This document shows, piece by piece, positions 60,408 to 64,000 of a stretch of 64,000 nt of DNA; the stretch's first letter is position 1; each line of letters opens with the position of its first letter. Origin of the DNA: a virus (lineage: Duplodnaviria; Caudoviricetes). The position numbers were made by a program, and so were the translations under genes. The DNA lies in the IMG/VR virus record IMGVR_UViG_3300033072_000249, positions 20,997 to 84,996 of that record; one strand, 5' to 3'. The notes below the pieces were generated by a model. The model was not told the DNA's origin. It was given only the letters and a program-made list of their open reading frames with translations, and did not search any database.

Positions 60408-60436
60408 TTGCAAGTATTTGTTCTTGCATCAATAAT
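60408..60436 (+). promoter_or_regulatory. sigma70 promoter
   Basis: TTGCAA-17-AATAAT; degenerate box CAAGTATTTGTTC. Confidence 0.65.
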
Positions 60437-60467
60437 AAGTTCATCGCAACTCAATCAGGAGATCAAC

Positions 60468-60866
60468 ATGAAAGTCGAATTCAACATTGGCCTGGACATC
60501 GCAGGCGCACGCAACAGCCTTCACGACTGCACGCTGCGCGCGCGCCAAGCCATTGAGATCATCAGGGCCACGGGCATCCGTTACCGGGTCGAGCGCATCT
60601 CGTCCCAGTACGAAGGCCCGGACGGCACCATCCACCTCGAGCAGACTCTGGTCGTCGAGCTGTCGGTCTACGAGGCTGCTCGCATCGCATCCATCCGATC
60701 GCTGGCATACGAGATCGCCGTGGCCCTGAGCCAGGACTGCGTGGCTGTGTTCTGGCCGGCTACCGAGCGGGGTGAGCTCATCGGGCCGAATGCCGTCAAG
60801 TGGGGTGACTTCAACATCAATTTCTTTAAGACCTTCGCCGAGGTCTCTCTGCCACGGGTTGCCTGA
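60468..60866 (+). CDS. hypothetical protein
   Basis: AGGAG RBS; L.QDC+AV...GELIGP.A..WG.FN..FF. Confidence 0.7.
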   Translation: MKVEFNIGLDIAGARNSLHDCTLRARQAIEIIRATGIRYRVERISSQYEGPDGTIHLEQTLVVELSVYEAARIASIRSLAYEIAVALSQDCVAVFWPATERGELIGPNAVKWGDFNINFFKTFAEVSLPRVA

Positions 60867-61159
60867 TGAACCTGCAGTACACCCTCACCCCGACGGACAT
60901 CCAGGGAGCCGTCGGTTACCAGCTCACAGGCCCCGGCGTGGATGATCTGATTCAAGTGCTTGGCACCCGCATTGCCCACCTCGGCGACCAGATTGTGCGT
61001 GCGCAGCTGATCGCCGCCGGGTGGACGCCTCCTGGTGAGCTGGCAGCAGTTAAGCGCAAAGACGCGCTGCTTCGGCAGGCGTTGAAGGCAATGAAGGACT
61101 TTGACTACGACAAGCGGTTGGCCGCAATCGACGCCATCACCAAGGAGCTTTCGCAATGA
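60866..61159 (+). CDS. hypothetical protein
   Basis: Coupled ORF. Confidence 0.6.
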   Translation: MNLQYTLTPTDIQGAVGYQLTGPGVDDLIQVLGTRIAHLGDQIVRAQLIAAGWTPPGELAAVKRKDALLRQALKAMKDFDYDKRLAAIDAITKELSQ

Positions 61160-61455
61160 CCGCCTCGCCGCTGACGCCAGCAATTGAGCCAGTCGCATGG
61201 CTTGAGTACGCACGCAAAAAGCCGACGCTCAAGAGGCTTGTATTTGACCGCACATCGCGCAGCCAACTGCGTGTTGCCGGATGGGTGAGTGAGCCTCTCA
61301 TCAAAGAGTCGGACGCCCAGCAAGCCCGCGCCGATCTGGAGGCCGAAGTGCAGCGGCTGCGGGATGCGCTGGACGACATTGCATACCGATGCGATGTCGA
61401 CAGTCTCCGTGCTGCCATTGAACGCGCCCGCGCCGCACTGGAGAGCAAGCCATGA
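61156..61455 (+). CDS. hypothetical protein (EPVAW motif)
   Basis: AAGGAG RBS. Confidence 0.65.
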   Translation: MTASPLTPAIEPVAWLEYARKKPTLKRLVFDRTSRSQLRVAGWVSEPLIKESDAQQARADLEAEVQRLRDALDDIAYRCDVDSLRAAIERARAALESKP

Positions 61456-61622
61456 AGCCCTACACCATGATCTACGTGCTGAGTTGCGTTGTTGTGGCTT
61501 GGTTCACGATGGCCCTTTTGTTCTTCGCTCAATGGCAAGACGACGACTGCAAACAACGTGGCGGCACACAGGTCAGAACGAGCAATGGCTACGTGTGCGC
61601 TGTACTGAAGGAAATACCGTGA
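61452..61622 (+). CDS. small membrane protein
   Basis: TM then C...GG..V...GYVC. Confidence 0.55.
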   Translation: MKPYTMIYVLSCVVVAWFTMALLFFAQWQDDDCKQRGGTQVRTSNGYVCAVLKEIP

Positions 61623-62455
61623 CCCCACCATTTGACACTATCCGAGAGGCGCTGAAGCCCCTCGCGAACAACAGCGGCGTGCGCAAAGCCCTCGCCACCC
61701 TCGCACAACTTGAGGCGATGGTGGGGGAGCAGGAGCCTGTGCATTGGCGCGCAGTGCTTGACCCTGAGCAAGCGCCGCAACAGTTGAAAACCACCATGCA
61801 TGTGGTCGGATTTCGTGAGAAGAAAGCTGCAGAAGGCTTTGTGGCCGAACAGATCGACTTCTACGGCTGGCGCTACACCATCGAACCCCTTTACGCCGCC
61901 CCGGTAGCCCAACAATACGAAGCCGGTGACGTAGCAAGCGCAGCAGCGCAAGGGTTCAGGGATGGCGTGGCGAGTGTGACGCAGCAGCCGCAGAAGCTGG
62001 AAGACGTTGAGCAATACCGGATGCAAATGGCAGGCATCAGCACCGCAGCGATGGGCTACTGGAAAGAGGGTGACTCGATCCACCCAGACTACGACACGCC
62101 AGCACTGCGCGATGTGGCGAAGCTGTACGCCAAGTACGACGCGCTCTACAAGGCCCAGCAGCCGCAGGCCAAGCCACACAAGCCACTCTTTGCCGACCTC
62201 ATCGCCCAACACCCAGGGCTGCGCGAGGAACTGCTGGAGATGGACAAGCAGCCGCAGGCCAAGCAGCCGCAGGCCGACACCCCGCAAGCCACCACCATTG
62301 CAGAAGCTGCCCGCGATGTGGGCAAGTGGCTCAACGAGTGCCCGAACCGCCCAATTGATCTTCGTCACGTGGCGATGCTGGTGGCACATGCAATGCAGCC
62401 GCAGGCCGAGCATGACCTGGATGTTGTTTGGAAACTTCATGGCCCAGATAACTGA
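61619..62455 (+). CDS. mosaic QQPQA-linked protein (Ea22-like organisation)
   Basis: GTG 61619; EPV.W, PLYAAP and QQPQA linkers. Confidence 0.65.
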   Translation: MTPPFDTIREALKPLANNSGVRKALATLAQLEAMVGEQEPVHWRAVLDPEQAPQQLKTTMHVVGFREKKAAEGFVAEQIDFYGWRYTIEPLYAAPVAQQYEAGDVASAAAQGFRDGVASVTQQPQKLEDVEQYRMQMAGISTAAMGYWKEGDSIHPDYDTPALRDVAKLYAKYDALYKAQQPQAKPHKPLFADLIAQHPGLREELLEMDKQPQAKQPQADTPQATTIAEAARDVGKWLNECPNRPIDLRHVAMLVAHAMQPQAEHDLDVVWKLHGPDN

Positions 62456-62467
62456 ACGAGTGTTCCT

Positions 62468-62635
62468 ATGACCTTTAAAGACCTTTTTGCCTCTCTTGGC
62501 CTGATCACCTGTCTGCTTGCATTGGCGGGCGAGTTAGGAATCGGCCACTTCACCTTTCACTACGGTGCAAAGCCGATGTGCCCCAAACATGAAATTGAAA
62601 TCCCCCAAACTAACGACACGAAAAGGTTGGGCTGA
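62468..62635 (+). CDS. small membrane protein
   Basis: 55 aa, hydrophobic N-terminus. Confidence 0.4.
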   Translation: MTFKDLFASLGLITCLLALAGELGIGHFTFHYGAKPMCPKHEIEIPQTNDTKRLG

Positions 62636-62966
62636 GTTTTACGCCATGCAGTTCAACAAGACACAAAGCAAGGATGCCGCCGTCCTGGTAGCCCAGCCGC
62701 AGCCCGGTACGCCCGATGCATACTGCATCACAACTTCTGATGGGGGCTGCATCAGCACCGATCCCAGGTGTATGCACCAGCCACAGGCCGAGGCGGTGCC
62801 GCCCGGTTATGTGCTGGTGCCGGTGGAGCCAGATGAAATGTGGGCTCATCGCGTCATTCGACACCATCAACCTAACCTTGCTGTTGGAACGAGGGATTGG
62901 TGTGAGTGCCTAGAAGAAATGCTCCACTGGCACGCAGCCATCGCGCAGCAGAAAGGCGGTGTGTGA
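62589..62966 (+). CDS. mosaic hypothetical protein
   Basis: QPQAEAVPPGYVLVPVEP...AIAQQKG. Confidence 0.6.
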   Translation: MKLKSPKLTTRKGWAEFYAMQFNKTQSKDAAVLVAQPQPGTPDAYCITTSDGGCISTDPRCMHQPQAEAVPPGYVLVPVEPDEMWAHRVIRHHQPNLAVGTRDWCECLEEMLHWHAAIAQQKGGV

Positions 62967-63100
62967 TGGACACCGTTGTTGTCTCTGGTCTGATCCTGTT
63001 GGCGAATCTTGGTGTTCTGGGGCTCACCGTGAAGCTCTACACGGAGATTCTCAAGGACGCCAGCATGAACCGTAGGGCCAAAGAAAGGAGCCAGCCATGA
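62966..63100 (+). CDS. small membrane protein
   Basis: MDTVVVSGLILLANLGVLGL. Confidence 0.5.
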   Translation: MDTVVVSGLILLANLGVLGLTVKLYTEILKDASMNRRAKERSQP

Positions 63101-63399
63101 CAGAACGTGAACAGTTTGAGGTCGAGTTTGTAAAGCTCAACTACCAGTGGAGTGACGCGAACAAAGACAAGGCGTTTCTTGGCTGGCAGATGGCCCGCGC
63201 ACAACCAGCGCAGGCCGAGGCAGTGCCGCCCGATGTGGTGCGGGATGCGGATGTTGAAGCCGCCGCAAAAAAGATGGCGGAAATCTTTGACTACCCGTGG
63301 GACTTCATGCCCGAGAAAGGCCGCAACACCATGCGTGAAAACGTGCGGGCGGTGCTTGACGCAGCCATCGCGCAGCAGAAAGGAGCCAGCCATGAGTGA
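63097..63399 (+). CDS. mosaic hypothetical protein
   Basis: AAGGAG RBS; EREQFE...WQ.ARA, QAEAVPP, AAIAQQKG. Confidence 0.65.
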   Translation: MTEREQFEVEFVKLNYQWSDANKDKAFLGWQMARAQPAQAEAVPPDVVRDADVEAAAKKMAEIFDYPWDFMPEKGRNTMRENVRAVLDAAIAQQKGASHE

Positions 63400-64000
63400 G
63401 CGCAACCTGTACGAAGTGACCGGCGACATCAAGGACATCAACATACTGCTGGTGCCGCGTGCCCAGCTTGAAGCAATGGCGGGGGAGCCAGTGGCCGACA
63501 TCAACGTGCGCCCATCCGAGTCAGGCGGGACCATCGCATCGGTGTTCTCACACAAGCTGCCGGTCGGTTCGTGGCTGCTGTACCGCGCCGCCCCGGTAGC
63601 CCAGCAGCCGCAGGCCCGCCCGGACTTTGCCGACGAATGGGCCGGCTACCTGAAGGACGGCGAAACACCCTTTGAGCGGTTCCTGCGTGAGCGCAAGGAC
63701 GTGCAATCCGCGCTGAAGCTGTACCAGCGGGCGCTTGAAGAAAACGAGCGCCTGAAGGCCCAGCAGCCGCAGGCCGAGGCGGCGCCTGTTGTAGATCGTG
63801 TATACGAGGCTGCAAAACGTCTCGTGGACCACGCAGACTTCCAGCTTGGCGGGGTCTTGAGCGCCAAAAGCAAGGCGCGAGACATACCCAGTAATGCCGC
63901 GTCAAAAGTCAAGGCGCGTCACCTGGCATCGCTGCGTGACGCACTTGCGAAAACACCCCAGCAGGCCGAGGCGGTGCCGCCCGATGTGGTGCAGGATGCG
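63392..64000 (+). CDS. mosaic hypothetical protein, 3'-truncated by the window edge
   Basis: AAGGAG RBS, ATG 63392, open to the end; EPVA, LYRAAP and QQPQA linkers. Confidence 0.65.
   Translation, partial: MSERNLYEVTGDIKDINILLVPRAQLEAMAGEPVADINVRPSESGGTIASVFSHKLPVGSWLLYRAAPVAQQPQARPDFADEWAGYLKDGETPFERFLRERKDVQSALKLYQRALEENERLKAQQPQAEAAPVVDRVYEAAKRLVDHADFQLGGVLSAKSKARDIPSNAASKVKARHLASLRDALAKTPQQAEAVPPDVVQDA

Overview
The window is about 64 kb of a GC-rich tailed-phage genome, with no host genes, capsid or terminase genes, lysis cassette, integrase or cas genes visible. The layout suggests a podovirus-like phage with giant ejection proteins, reminiscent of Bcep22-type Betaproteobacterial phages (inference). 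1-32.8 kb (+) is the late virion region: tail fibre and tail genes, two ejection-type proteins and two giant polyvalent proteins (2952 and 2407 aa) separated by a 5.3-kb block of beta-rich structural genes. 32.8-41.7 kb (-) is an early-left operon (RecT, YqaJ exonuclease, SSB, RdgC, MazG-like, HNH) ending in a truncated excisionase with no integrase. 41.7-43.4 kb is an apparently non-coding unit with its own promoter and terminator, packed with repeated hairpins and tRNA-like elements. 43.3-43.6 kb is a frameshifted XRE repressor. 43.8-49 kb (+) holds replication and nin-type genes, and 49-64 kb holds two divergent accessory operons (ThyA, HD hydrolase, Rap1a-like, mosaic QQPQAE genes). The best candidates for novelty are (1) the 1.6-kb structured ncRNA array and (2) the polyvalent effector proteins, which are built from modules joined by a D-I-x-R/K-S-P-x-R motif, carry several ADP-ribosyltransferase-like domains and contain an overprinted nested gene. 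All calls are by eye from motifs; no searches were run.
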